Below, piece by piece: positions 18,904-28,572 of a stretch of 64,000 bases of DNA. Under the pieces are notes generated by a model that saw only the letters and a list, made by a program, of their open reading frames with translations, searched no databases and was not told the DNA's origin. Source of the stretch: Dehalococcoidia bacterium (GTDB lineage Bacteria; Chloroflexota; Dehalococcoidia; UBA2979); contig CAXXDN010000002.1 of assembly GCA_963667465.2 (NCBI GenBank), positions 1,024,001 to 1,088,000 of the forward strand, written 5' to 3'. The position numbers and the translations under genes were made by a program. The number at the start of each line of letters is the position of its first letter. Within the stretch, counting starts at the first letter, position 1.

Positions 18904-20129
18904 ACGGTGATCCCCTGCTCGGTCAGATCGGCGAGCTCCTCGGCGCTGAGGCCGAGCAGGCCGCACAGCACTTCCTCGGTATGCTCGCCGAGCAGCGGCG
19001 AGACGCCGTACTCGACGTCCGGGATCGCGCTGAAGCGGCCGGGCAGGCCGGCGAGGCGGCGCTTCCCTACCTCCGGGTGCACGGTCTCCACGAACGCGCC
19101 GAGCGCGTTGAGTTGCGGATCATCGAGCGTCTCGAACGTGTCGAGGACTGGCGCGGACGGGACGGCGTACGCCTGGAGTTGCTCGGCCGCCTCGTAATGG
19201 CTGCGCCCGCGCGTCCAGGCGGTGAGTCGCTCGTCGATCTCGTCGTGGTGCTCGGTCCGGCCCTCGTGCGTAGCGAAGCGCGGATCGGCCGCCCACCCGG
19301 GGCTGCCGAGCGCCTCGCCGAGGGCGCGCCACTGTTCGTCGCCCTCGACGGAGATGGCGACCCACCGGTCGTCGCCGGTGGAGCGGTAGACGCCTCTCGG
19401 CGCGAAGTGCGGGTGGCGATTACCGCGCCGCGGCGTCTCGCGCCCGTTCATCGTGTAGTCCAGCACCGCCTCCGGGATCGTCGAGGTCACCGTCTCGGCC
19501 ATCGCGATCTCGATCCATTGCCCCTCGCCGGTGCGGTTGCGGTGATGCAGGGCCGCGAGGACTGAGAACGCCATGTGAATGCCGATCATGAAGTCGGGAT
19601 AGTCGCGGCCCAGGCCCGTCGGCATGCCACCCTCGTAGCCGGTGATGTAGGGCAGACCGGCGTAGGCCTGCGTGTTCGGCCCGAAGCCGGTGGCGTCCTT
19701 GTCCGGGCCGTCCTGACCGAGCGGGGAGCCGGAGAGCATGATGATGTCCGGCTTGACCTTCCGTAGTGCCTCGTAGCCCAGCCCCATCCGCTCCATCACG
19801 CCGGCGGCGAAGTTCTCCGTCACGATGTCGCTCTGCCGCACCATGTCCATGACGAGCTCGATGCCGCGCGGCTGCGTCAGATCGATGGTGACGCAGCGCT
19901 TTCCGAAGTTGACGCCGTTGTACATCGAGGCGCGGTTGATGCCGTTGATGCCATCGGCGCCATTGCGCAACCCGCCCATGCGCGTGATGTCCGGGCGCAC
20001 GGTCGACTCCACCCGGATCACGTCCGCGCCGAACGTCGCAAGCCACGAGGTGGCGTGCGGCACTGCCAGCACCCAGCCGATGTCCGTGATGCGGACGCCA
20101 TCAAGCGGCGCGTGCTGCCCGGCGCTCAT
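18900..20129 (-). CDS. Family III (CaiB/BaiF) CoA-transferase
   Basis: PLDGVRITD, FGADVIRVE, NFGKRCVTIDL, ENF, DYPD (catalytic Asp position), PLLGEHT. Confidence 0.92.
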   Translation of the reverse strand: MSAGQHAPLDGVRITDIGWVLAVPHATSWLATFGADVIRVESTVRPDITRMGGLRNGADGINGINRASMYNGVNFGKRCVTIDLTQPRGIELVMDMVRQSDIVTENFAAGVMERMGLGYEALRKVKPDIIMLSGSPLGQDGPDKDATGFGPNTQAYAGLPYITGYEGGMPTGLGRDYPDFMIGIHMAFSVLAALHHRNRTGEGQWIEIAMAETVTSTIPEAVLDYTMNGRETPRRGNRHPHFAPRGVYRSTGDDRWVAISVEGDEQWRALGEALGSPGWAADPRFATHEGRTEHHDEIDERLTAWTRGRSHYEAAEQLQAYAVPSAPVLDTFETLDDPQLNALGAFVETVHPEVGKRRLAGLPGRFSAIPDVEYGVSPLLGEHTEEVLCGLLGLSAEELADLTEQGITV

Positions 20130-21289
20130 CGCGGCGCCTCCAGCACCTCGTCGTTGTGCGCGCCCAGCCGCGGGGCGGGTTCGCGCACCGTCGCCGGCGT
20201 CGCCGAGTAGCGCGCAGGCGGCCCGGGCTGCGTGAGCACTCCCACATCGGGATGTTCGACCTCGACGAAGAACTCGCGATGCTGGTACTGGCGCGACTCG
20301 ATCAGTTCCTGCATCGAGTTCACGGGGAAGCAGGGGATGCCGGTGTCCCTCGCCAGTTCGTAGATGTCCATCTTCTGCTGCGTGAGCAGCCACTCCACGG
20401 TCAACTGCTCCAGCACATCGTTGTTCGCGTGGCGGCCCTCCGCGGTGTCGAAGGCCTCGCTCATCGCCCAGGCGGGCTTGCCGGCCAACTCCCTGAACGT
20501 GGCCCACCAGTGGTCCGCGATGAACGGCGAGAAGGAGATGTAGCCGTCCTCGCAGGGCAGCACCCAGGAATAGCCGTGCTTGATACGCGGCGGGGCCAGC
20601 TCAGGCGTGTACGAGGCGGCCGAGTAGTCGTTGCGCAGCATCGCGTTCACTGCCTCGAAGCGCGAGATGTCGACGAGTTGACCCTCGCCGACGGCCTTGC
20701 GGTGGAAGACGGCCAGCATCGTCATCGCCGCCGCCGTCGCGCCGGAGAGGTAGTCGGTCTGGTAGCCGCCGCCGGCGAGTGGCGGCTGCGCCTCGAGGTC
20801 GGTGACCTGTCCGTAGGGCGTTTGGAAGCCGAGCCCGCTCATCATGTAGGCCGTGAAGTCCGTCGCGACCCAGTCCCGACAGGGCCCGACAAGCCCGAAC
20901 GGCGTGATCGCCGTCATGATCAACTGGTCGTTGAGCGGCTGCAGCTCCTCGTAGCTGAGCGCGAACTCCTCGAGTTCCTTCGCCGCCAGATCGATCACGA
21001 GGATGTCGACCTGGCCTATCAGCCGCCGCAGCAGCCCGCGCGACGCCTCGTCGCCAACGTCGAGCGTGACGCTGCGCTTGTTGTGGTTGAGGTAGATGAA
21101 CTGGCCGCTGCGCTCCGGGTGCGCCTCGTCGCCGGGGAAGGGGCCGTGGCGGCGCGAGCGGTCGCCCTCGGGCGGCTCGATCTTGATCACGTCCGCTCCG
21201 AGGTCGGCGAGCAGCTTGCCGCAGAACGGCCCGGCGACGCCCTGCGCCACCTCGAGCACGGAGAGGTCGGACAGCGCGCCGTCGCTCAT
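20126..21289 (-). CDS. Family III (CaiB/BaiF) CoA-transferase
   Basis: LADLGADVIKIEPPEGD, NHNKRSVTLD, APRLGAHN. Confidence 0.92.
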   Translation of the reverse strand: MSDGALSDLSVLEVAQGVAGPFCGKLLADLGADVIKIEPPEGDRSRRHGPFPGDEAHPERSGQFIYLNHNKRSVTLDVGDEASRGLLRRLIGQVDILVIDLAAKELEEFALSYEELQPLNDQLIMTAITPFGLVGPCRDWVATDFTAYMMSGLGFQTPYGQVTDLEAQPPLAGGGYQTDYLSGATAAAMTMLAVFHRKAVGEGQLVDISRFEAVNAMLRNDYSAASYTPELAPPRIKHGYSWVLPCEDGYISFSPFIADHWWATFRELAGKPAWAMSEAFDTAEGRHANNDVLEQLTVEWLLTQQKMDIYELARDTGIPCFPVNSMQELIESRQYQHREFFVEVEHPDVGVLTQPGPPARYSATPATVREPAPRLGAHNDEVLEAPR

Positions 21290-21490
21290 GCTCCCCCCGC
21301 TCCGTCGGTGTCTGACGGACACCGCGCAGCCCCATCACGCGCCCGCAGGGTACTCCGTTGCGGCGAGCCGTGGCGCCCTCGAGCCGCACGATCCCGGGCA
21401 AGCACGTTTCGCTATACTCGCCGCCCAGCGCGAACATCCACCCGCCGGGCCCGGACGGCCCGACAGCAGTGCGACGAAGGGGGCTGACGC

Positions 21491-21988
21491 ATGAGCGACG
21501 AGCCTATGGTCCCGCCCGAGGCGACAGCGATGATCGGCCAGGAGACCCGGCGCGGCACCGGCGTCGTCTACCAGAAGGAGGCCCAGCGCTGGGCCGCCGC
21601 CGTGGGCGACCTGAATCCGCGCTACTTCGACGCGGAGGCGGCCGCGGCGGAGGGCTTCAGCGACACGCCGATCCCGCCGCTGTTCGTCTCGCAGGTGATG
21701 CAGGGCGTCACGATCCGCGACGGCCTGCGCCACGACGGCATCCCCGGGGGCGGCGGCGGCGGCATCCCGCTCAACAACGCCCCACGCCGGATGGCCGGCG
21801 GCGAGGAGTACGAGTTCATCGCGCCGATCTATCCCGGCGACACCCTCACCGCCGTCACGCACGTCGCCAACATCGAGGAGAAGACGGGCCGATCCGGCCG
21901 CTTCGTGCTGATGACGAGTGAGACCACCTACACGAACCAGCACGGCGAGGTCGTCGTGCGCTCGCGCATGTCCACGATCGCGAACTGA
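21491..21988 (+). CDS. MaoC/FAS1-like hotdog dehydratase domain protein
   Basis: AAAVGDLNPRYFD..A...GF..PPLF, GGEEYEFIAPIYPGDTL, EKTGRSG. Confidence 0.85.
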   Translation: MSDEPMVPPEATAMIGQETRRGTGVVYQKEAQRWAAAVGDLNPRYFDAEAAAAEGFSDTPIPPLFVSQVMQGVTIRDGLRHDGIPGGGGGGIPLNNAPRRMAGGEEYEFIAPIYPGDTLTAVTHVANIEEKTGRSGRFVLMTSETTYTNQHGEVVVRSRMSTIAN

Positions 21989-22001
21989 CGGAGCGAAGAC
22001 G

Positions 22002-22436
22002 ATGGCAGACCAGATCTACTTCGAGGACGTGAACGTCGGCGACGAGCTGCCGGAGGTGGTGGAGACCGTTGACGAGGTGCAGATGTTCTTCTTCAGCGCC
22101 GCCACCAACAACGGCCACCGCATCCACTACGACGCGCCCTACACCACGGAGGTCGAGGACCGCCCGAACATCCTCGTGCATGGCCCGCTGCAGGCAGCGC
22201 TGCTGGCGAAGATGGTGACCGACTGGCACGGGCCGGCCGGCCACCTCAAGCGCTTCCGCATCCAGAACCGCGGCAACGCCTTCCCGCACGAGAACCTGTA
22301 TTACGGCGGCACGATCACCGACAAGCGCGAGGAGGACGGCGAGGCGCTGGTCGACCTCGACGTGTACGAGCGCAACGAGGGCGGCGACGTGCTGGTGCCC
22401 GGCGCCGCCACGGTGAGCCTGCCGCGCCGCTCCTGA
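22002..22436 (+). CDS. MaoC-family (R)-hydratase
   Basis: YFEDVNVGDELP, NGHRIHYD, VHGPL. Confidence 0.85.
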   Translation: MADQIYFEDVNVGDELPEVVETVDEVQMFFFSAATNNGHRIHYDAPYTTEVEDRPNILVHGPLQAALLAKMVTDWHGPAGHLKRFRIQNRGNAFPHENLYYGGTITDKREEDGEALVDLDVYERNEGGDVLVPGAATVSLPRRS

Positions 22437-22479
22437 GGCGCCCGGAGGCCCGACCGCCGACACCCGAAGGGGGTGAGCC

Positions 22480-23673
22480 ATGGGACTGAGAGGCGACGCA
22501 GCGATCGTCGGCATCGCCGAGTGGAAGCCGGAGCGCCGGCCGACCCGCGAGCCGATGTTCTCGTTCGAGCAGTACGCCGAGCTGGCGAAGGAGGCGCTCG
22601 ACGACGCCGGCATTGGCGTGAAGGAGGTCAACGGCCTCTGCACCACCGGCGTGCGCGAGTCCTCGATGTTCGCGCCGGCCACGCTCTCCGAGTACATGGG
22701 GATGCCGGTCAACCTGGCCGAGCACGTCGACCTCGGTGGTGCCAGCTCGGCGGGGATGATCTGGCGGGCGGCCGCGGCGATCGAGCTGGGGCTCTGTGAC
22801 GTGGTGGTGTGCGCGACGCCCTCGGGGCCGACACCGCAGCCGCCGGGCGGGCCGGTCAATCCCGGCTACCTCGGCGCCTCGAGCGGAGCCTTCGGCTCGC
22901 CGCAGGCGGAGTTCGATATCCCCTACGGCAACCTGGCGCAGAACTGCGGCTACGCGCAGATCGCGCAGCGCTACGCCGCCGAGTTCGGCTACGACGAACG
23001 CGCGCTGGCGAAGATCGCGGTCGACCAGCGCACCAACGCCTGCGCCTACCCGCCCGCCTTCTTCCACGGCCAGCCGATCACGGTCGACGACGTGCTGAAC
23101 AGCCCGATCATCGCGGACCCGCTGCACCTGCTGGAGATCGTGATGCCGTGCAGCGGCGGGGCAGCCGTGATCCTCGCCAGCCGCGAGCGGGCGCTGCGCA
23201 GCAACCACCGGCCCGCCTTCCTCACCGGCTTCGGCGAGCACCTGGCGTTCAAGACGCCGAGCTACGCCGCGGACCTGGTGCGCACGCCGATGAAGCCCGC
23301 CGCCGACAAGGCGTTCGAGATGGCCGCTGTGGCGCGCTCGGAGATCGACGCGGCCCAGCTCTACGACTGCTACACGATCACCGTGCTGCTGGCGTTGGAG
23401 GACATGGGCTTCTGCGAGAAGGGCGAGGGCGCGCGCTTCGTCAACGAGCACGACCTGACCTACGCGGGAGACTTCCCGCTCAACACCAACGGCGGCCAGC
23501 TCTCCTTCGGCCAGCCCGGCATGAGCGGCGGGATGTCGCACGTCACCGAGGGCGCGCGCCAGATCATGGGCCGCGGCGACGCGAACCAGCTCGAGAGCTG
23601 CGACACGGTCCTGGTCCTCAACAACGGCGGGATCATGAGCGAACAGGTCGCGCTGATCCTGAGAGGGGAGTAG
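22480..23673 (+). CDS. Thiolase-family (SCP2/Ltp-type) protein
   Basis: AAIVGIAE, DLGGAS, QLYDCYT, PLNTNGGQLS; followed by a DUF35 gene. Confidence 0.88.
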   Translation: MGLRGDAAIVGIAEWKPERRPTREPMFSFEQYAELAKEALDDAGIGVKEVNGLCTTGVRESSMFAPATLSEYMGMPVNLAEHVDLGGASSAGMIWRAAAAIELGLCDVVVCATPSGPTPQPPGGPVNPGYLGASSGAFGSPQAEFDIPYGNLAQNCGYAQIAQRYAAEFGYDERALAKIAVDQRTNACAYPPAFFHGQPITVDDVLNSPIIADPLHLLEIVMPCSGGAAVILASRERALRSNHRPAFLTGFGEHLAFKTPSYAADLVRTPMKPAADKAFEMAAVARSEIDAAQLYDCYTITVLLALEDMGFCEKGEGARFVNEHDLTYAGDFPLNTNGGQLSFGQPGMSGGMSHVTEGARQIMGRGDANQLESCDTVLVLNNGGIMSEQVALILRGE

Positions 23674-23677
23674 CGCT

Positions 23678-24073
23678 GTGGAGAAGCCAGTCCCGGTCCC
23701 GACCCCGCAGACCCAGCCCTTCTGGGACGCCCTCGCCGAGGGCCGCGTCGAGCTCCAGCACTGCGGGAGCTGCGAGCAGTACATCTACTACCCGCGCACC
23801 CACTGCCCCGGCTGCCTGACCCGCGACCTCGAGTGGCGCGAGCTGTCGGGCAACGGCGTCGTGCATACCTACACGGTCGCGCGGCGTCCCACGGCGCCGC
23901 CGTGGTCGGAGGACGTGCCGCAGCTGATCGCCGTCGTCGAACTGGACGAGGGTCCGCGCCTGACGACGGAGCTCGTCAACGTCGAGCCGGACGCAATCGA
24001 GGTGGGGCTGCGCGTGCAGCCGGTCTTCCGGGCCGTCGGTGAGGCAACGCTGCTGCTCTACGAGCCCGCCTGA
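23678..24073 (+). CDS. Zn-ribbon/OB-fold (DUF35) protein
   Basis: PFW..CGSC..YPR.HCPGC, SGNGVVHTYT, VELDEGPRL. Confidence 0.9.
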   Translation: MEKPVPVPTPQTQPFWDALAEGRVELQHCGSCEQYIYYPRTHCPGCLTRDLEWRELSGNGVVHTYTVARRPTAPPWSEDVPQLIAVVELDEGPRLTTELVNVEPDAIEVGLRVQPVFRAVGEATLLLYEPA

Positions 24074-24088
24074 CGGCGCCGCCCGCCG

Positions 24089-26557
24089 CTACTCCGGCAA
24101 CGGCTTCGGCTCCTCCGAGGCGGCGACGCGCGCGCGCCGCAGCTCCACGATGCCCTCGGCGCTGTAGCCGAGCTCGGCGAGGATCGCGTCGGTGTGCTGG
24201 CCCGCGAGCACACCGGGGCCGTAGCGCCCGGGCGTACGCGAGAACGTGACGGTAGGCCCCCAGCGCTGGTAGCGGCCGAAGCCGGCGTGCTCCACCTCGG
24301 GGGCGAAGCCGTTGGCGCGCATGTGCTCGTCGTCCCGGAGGAACTCACCGGGCGGCACGTCGGCTCGCACGCACGGAGCGCCGGCCGCGATCAGCTCGCG
24401 CTCCCACTCGTCCGCCCCGCACGCGCCGAACGCCTCGCCCAGCGCGGAAGCGAGCGCCTCCGCCTCACGCCCGCGGTCCTCGGGCGTGGCGAAACGCGCA
24501 TCCGCCGCGAGGTCGGGGCCGCCGAGCCGCGACAGCGCCGCGGCGAGCGCAACCCACTCGCGCTCGTGCGAGATCTCGAGGTAGACCCAGCCTTCGGCCG
24601 TCTCGTAGAGGCGGCGCAGCGGGGTCGGGCCGTACAGCTCCGGGTCGGCCTGCGCGCGCGGCGGCTTGCCCTCGTAGGAGAGGAAGTCGTCGCTGTTCGC
24701 GTAGGCGTTGGCCCCGAGCATGCTGAGGTCGATGCGCTGCCCGCGCCCGCTGCGGCGGCGCGCGTAGAGGCCGAGCAGCGCCGACGAGGTGAGCGCAACC
24801 GAGGTGTTGGGGTCCGGGTTCGCCTCATTGGAGACGTAGAGCCAGCGCGAGGCCTCGCGGATCTCATCGAGGTCGTCGCAGTCCGTGGGCGGCATGCCGG
24901 AGCCAGCCTGGTGCAGCGCGCCGCCCATCGCCGCGCCGGGGATCGGGTGGGCGGCGGGGCGGCTCGCGCTCGGGCCGTCCGGCCCGTAGCCGGTGGCGGC
25001 GATGTACACCAGCTCCGGCCGCAGCGCGCTCAATTCGTCGTAGCCGATGCCGAGTCGTTCCGCGACGCCGGGGCGGTAGTTGTGGACCAGCACGTCGGCG
25101 TTGCGCACGAGGCGGTGCGCGATCTCCTGGCCTCCGGCCGTCTTGAGGTCCAGGCAGATACTCTCCTTGCCCGCCGTCGTCTTCGCCGAGCCGATGTACT
25201 GGCCGAAGCCCTGTCCCATGTAGCGGTACGGATCGCCCTCAAGCGGCTCGATCTTGATCACGCGCGCACCGAGGTCGGCGAGCAGCGAGGCGCCCAGCGG
25301 CGCCGCGATCACCGTCGCGAACTCCAGCACCGTGACGCCATCGAGGACGTGCGCGGGCGCGTCCAGCGCGAACGGGGGCGCCTGCGCCCGCCGGGGTGCG
25401 CGCCGCCCGTTGCGCGCCGCGAACAGCTGCGCCTGGTGCGCGCCCGGGTCGGCGGAAGGCGCGCCGGTCCGGCCGGGCGTCTCCCGCAGCTGCGCCAGCG
25501 GTCCCAGTTGCACGAGCCGGCCGAGGCGCGGGTGCTCGCCCTCGCTCACCTCGCCGTTGGCGCGCAGGTCGATGTTGTCGAGCGCCTCCTGCGCGGTTTC
25601 GAACGGTTCGGACGCGACATTGCCGTCGGCGCGGAAGATCTCCATCCACTCGCCGGAGGGCCGCTCGCGGATGCGTTCGAGGATCACGCCGCGCAGTGCC
25701 TCGCGGTCCTCGATGGTCTCCGTGTTCGGCGCGAGCGCGAAGCGCGGATCGCTGTAGATGTGCGAGAGGTCGGCGGCGGCGATCATCGCGTGGAAGAGGT
25801 GTTCCATCAGGTTCGCGAACTGGATCCAGCGCCCGTCCGAGGCCAGCGCCGGCAGGTACTGCAGCGTGATCCGGCCCGCCGCCGCCGACTGCCTGATGTC
25901 GACCTCGAACTCGGACGGGAAGCGCCGGGCGAGCTGCGTGCGCAGCAGGCTGTGCGTGTCGAAGGGGAACAGCCCCTGCAGCAGGCTGGTCTCGACGAGC
26001 TGTCCCCGCCCCGTCCGGTCGCGCACGAGCAGCGCCGCGAGGATGCCCGACAGCGCCGACTGCATCGCGCCGTGCGTCCCGACGGGCACGGCGGCGTAGG
26101 CGGGCCCCGGGCGCTGCGGCAGCCCGGCGAAGAGCTGCATGCGCCCGCTCTTGGCCGCCACCAGCCCCTCCGTCGCCGGGTAGTGCGCGTAGGGGCCGCG
26201 CGGTCCCCAGCCCGTGATCGAGCAGTAGACGAGCCCGGGGTTCAGCGCCTCGAGCGTGTGGTAGTCCGCCCCCAGCCTCGCCGCCTTGCCCGGTGCATAC
26301 GAGGCGACGACGACGTCCGCGTCCGCGACGAGGCCATGGAGGCGGCCTCGATCCTCGGGACGCACGAGGTCAAGCACGACGCTGCGCTTGCCGCGCAGCC
26401 ACATCGGCGCGGCGGCGGCGCCGCGGTGCGGGTCGCCGCCTGGCGGCTCGACCTTGAGGACGTCAGCGCCGAAGTCGGCGAGCACCATCGAGGCCAGCCC
26501 GCCGGCGAGCCCGCTGCTGAGATCGACGACGAGCAGGTCGTCGCAGGGGCCGCTCAC
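24089..26557 (-). CDS. Fused double family III CoA-transferase
   Basis: Two CaiB units (LADFGADVLKVEPPGGD and LADLGARVIKIEP) in 822 aa. Confidence 0.9.
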   Translation of the reverse strand: MSGPCDDLLVVDLSSGLAGGLASMVLADFGADVLKVEPPGGDPHRGAAAAPMWLRGKRSVVLDLVRPEDRGRLHGLVADADVVVASYAPGKAARLGADYHTLEALNPGLVYCSITGWGPRGPYAHYPATEGLVAAKSGRMQLFAGLPQRPGPAYAAVPVGTHGAMQSALSGILAALLVRDRTGRGQLVETSLLQGLFPFDTHSLLRTQLARRFPSEFEVDIRQSAAAGRITLQYLPALASDGRWIQFANLMEHLFHAMIAAADLSHIYSDPRFALAPNTETIEDREALRGVILERIRERPSGEWMEIFRADGNVASEPFETAQEALDNIDLRANGEVSEGEHPRLGRLVQLGPLAQLRETPGRTGAPSADPGAHQAQLFAARNGRRAPRRAQAPPFALDAPAHVLDGVTVLEFATVIAAPLGASLLADLGARVIKIEPLEGDPYRYMGQGFGQYIGSAKTTAGKESICLDLKTAGGQEIAHRLVRNADVLVHNYRPGVAERLGIGYDELSALRPELVYIAATGYGPDGPSASRPAAHPIPGAAMGGALHQAGSGMPPTDCDDLDEIREASRWLYVSNEANPDPNTSVALTSSALLGLYARRRSGRGQRIDLSMLGANAYANSDDFLSYEGKPPRAQADPELYGPTPLRRLYETAEGWVYLEISHEREWVALAAALSRLGGPDLAADARFATPEDRGREAEALASALGEAFGACGADEWERELIAAGAPCVRADVPPGEFLRDDEHMRANGFAPEVEHAGFGRYQRWGPTVTFSRTPGRYGPGVLAGQHTDAILAELGYSAEGIVELRRARVAASEEPKPLPE

Positions 26558-26597
26558 GCGGCCCCCGGCGATGGCGTATCGGGCACGCTCCAGACGC

Positions 26598-28388
26598 CTA
26601 CTTGGCGATCCAGAGGTAGTCCCGTCCGCGCTGGCCGGGCTCGAACGTGCCCTCGAGGCCGTAGACGTCCTCGAAGCCGCGCATCCGCTCGGACCAGTAG
26701 TTGATCTGCAGGTACACGTAGATCTGGACGATCGGCATGTGCTCCTGGATCAGCAGATCCTGGACCTGCTTGATCGTCTCGCCCCGCTCCTCGATGTCGA
26801 ACTGCATCGAAGCCTGGTCGATCAGCGAGTCGATCGTCGGATCGGCGAAGTTGCCGTAGTTGCGCGAGCCCTCCGAGTGGTACTGCGAGTGCAACTCCAG
26901 CACGGCGTCCGGCTGTCCGAGGATGGTGTAGCAGACGGCCTGCCAGCCCTCGCGGGAGTTCTGCCGCTTGCTGAACGCCGCGATGTCCGTCGGGAGGTCC
27001 AGCTCGACGTTCATGTCCGGCCAGACGGTCTTCCAGGCATCGATCGCGCGCGTGCTCGAGTCGTACCAGTTCGTGGTCGGCGCTGGCACGCCGAGCAGCA
27101 GCTTCCACTCGAACTCGCCGTTGGGGAACCCGGCGGCCGACATCAGCTGCATCGCCTCCTGGATGTCGGCTTCCTTCGTATTCGGATTCCAGCCCGGCAT
27201 CTGGGCGATCTCGTCGGACTTGTAGGCCTCGCCGTAGCCCGATGCGAGCGGGCCGGTGAAGCGCCAGGCGTTGCCGTAGTAGCTGTCGCCGGCCTCCTTG
27301 TAGTTCGGCACACGCTGCAGGGCGAGCCGCACGCGGGCGTCGTCGAACGGCTTCTCCCTGGTGTTAAAGCGCCAGTGCGGCCACAGCACGGACTCCGGCA
27401 TCACGAAGCGCTGGCCCTGGCCGCCCAGCTTGTCCAGCGTCTCCTGCTCCACCCGGTTCGGGCCGGAGAAAAAGTCCACCGAGCCCTGCGTGAACGCGGC
27501 CATCAGCGCCGTCTTGTCCGCGAGGAACACGAACTCGACACCATCGAGGAGCGGCAACGGGGACTTCCACCAGTCCGGGTTGCGGCTCATCTTGACTGTC
27601 ACTTCGTTCTCGTACTCGTCGACGATGAACGGGCCAGAGCCAACCGCCGTGACCGGGTCGTTGAAGTCGCCGCCCGAGGCGAGGAACTCCTTGGGCACCA
27701 TCGAGTTGCGGCCGTCCGTGAGGCCCCACAGGAAGCTGCCGCGCGGCCGGTCGAACGTCACGCTCAGCGTGGAGGCGTCGACGGCCGTGACATCCTCCAT
27801 ACCCGCCACGGTGCCGCGGCGCTGGTAGCGGCCGATCTCGGTCTCCTCCGCGTCCGCATAGCGGCCGGCGATGCGCTCGAAGTTGTAGACGATGTCCTCG
27901 GCGTCCACGGCGCGACCGTTGATCGGCGCCTTGTTCTGCCAGACCGCGCCTTCGCGCACGTTCATCGTCATCGAGACGCCGTCCGGCGCGACCTCCCAGT
28001 CCTGGATGAGCTCGCCGACAACCTCGGAGGCGTTGCGGTTGCGCCGCACCGCGTGGTCGCCGATGAACTGCCAGAGGAACCAGCCCGTGGAGGTGGACTG
28101 GTGGGGGTCGACGGCGCCGGCCAGGGACGACGTCCTCGTGTACCTGAAGACGCCGCCGCGCCGTGCATCCGGCGTCGGAGTTGGCTCGGGCGTCGCGGTG
28201 GCAGGAGCGGCGGTGGGGGCCGGGGTCGCCGGCGCCGGGGTGGCCGGCGCCTCCTCGTCGTCGTCGCCGCAGCCGATCAGCGCCGCAGCCGCAAGGCCCG
28301 CGCCACCGAGCGCCGCCCCTCGCAGCAGCGTGCGCCGCGACGTGCGTACATGCAGCATCCGCAGAAAGTCTGAGTCGTTGGTCGCCAT
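26598..28388 (-). CDS. ABC transporter substrate-binding protein (family 5), Tat-exported lipoprotein
   Basis: SRRTLL Tat motif and LIGC lipobox, Pro/Ala/Thr linker, GSGPF, PFDDARVRLAL. Confidence 0.88.
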   Translation of the reverse strand: MATNDSDFLRMLHVRTSRRTLLRGAALGGAGLAAAALIGCGDDDEEAPATPAPATPAPTAAPATATPEPTPTPDARRGGVFRYTRTSSLAGAVDPHQSTSTGWFLWQFIGDHAVRRNRNASEVVGELIQDWEVAPDGVSMTMNVREGAVWQNKAPINGRAVDAEDIVYNFERIAGRYADAEETEIGRYQRRGTVAGMEDVTAVDASTLSVTFDRPRGSFLWGLTDGRNSMVPKEFLASGGDFNDPVTAVGSGPFIVDEYENEVTVKMSRNPDWWKSPLPLLDGVEFVFLADKTALMAAFTQGSVDFFSGPNRVEQETLDKLGGQGQRFVMPESVLWPHWRFNTREKPFDDARVRLALQRVPNYKEAGDSYYGNAWRFTGPLASGYGEAYKSDEIAQMPGWNPNTKEADIQEAMQLMSAAGFPNGEFEWKLLLGVPAPTTNWYDSSTRAIDAWKTVWPDMNVELDLPTDIAAFSKRQNSREGWQAVCYTILGQPDAVLELHSQYHSEGSRNYGNFADPTIDSLIDQASMQFDIEERGETIKQVQDLLIQEHMPIVQIYVYLQINYWSERMRGFEDVYGLEGTFEPGQRGRDYLWIAK

Positions 28389-28528
28389 GAGCACCCTCCG
28401 TACCGGCCGGATGCCCGCCGTGCCCCGCGCGCGGACAAGGGCTGCCAGCCTGACCTGCCCGGTCCTCACACGCCTGCCACACGCCTCGTTGTTCCGCGGC
28501 GCCGGACCAGGCAGCACTACGCCCTCGA

Positions 28529-28542
28529 TAACGAAAGCGTTA
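28529..28542. promoter_or_regulatory. Palindromic operator TAACG-N4-CGTTA
   Basis: Perfect 5-bp arms just downstream of a minus-strand TGcTAGCAT extended -10 (28551-28559) serving the binding-protein gene. Confidence 0.4.
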
Positions 28543-28572
28543 GTCCGGCGATGCTAGCAGAGCGGCGGAGGC

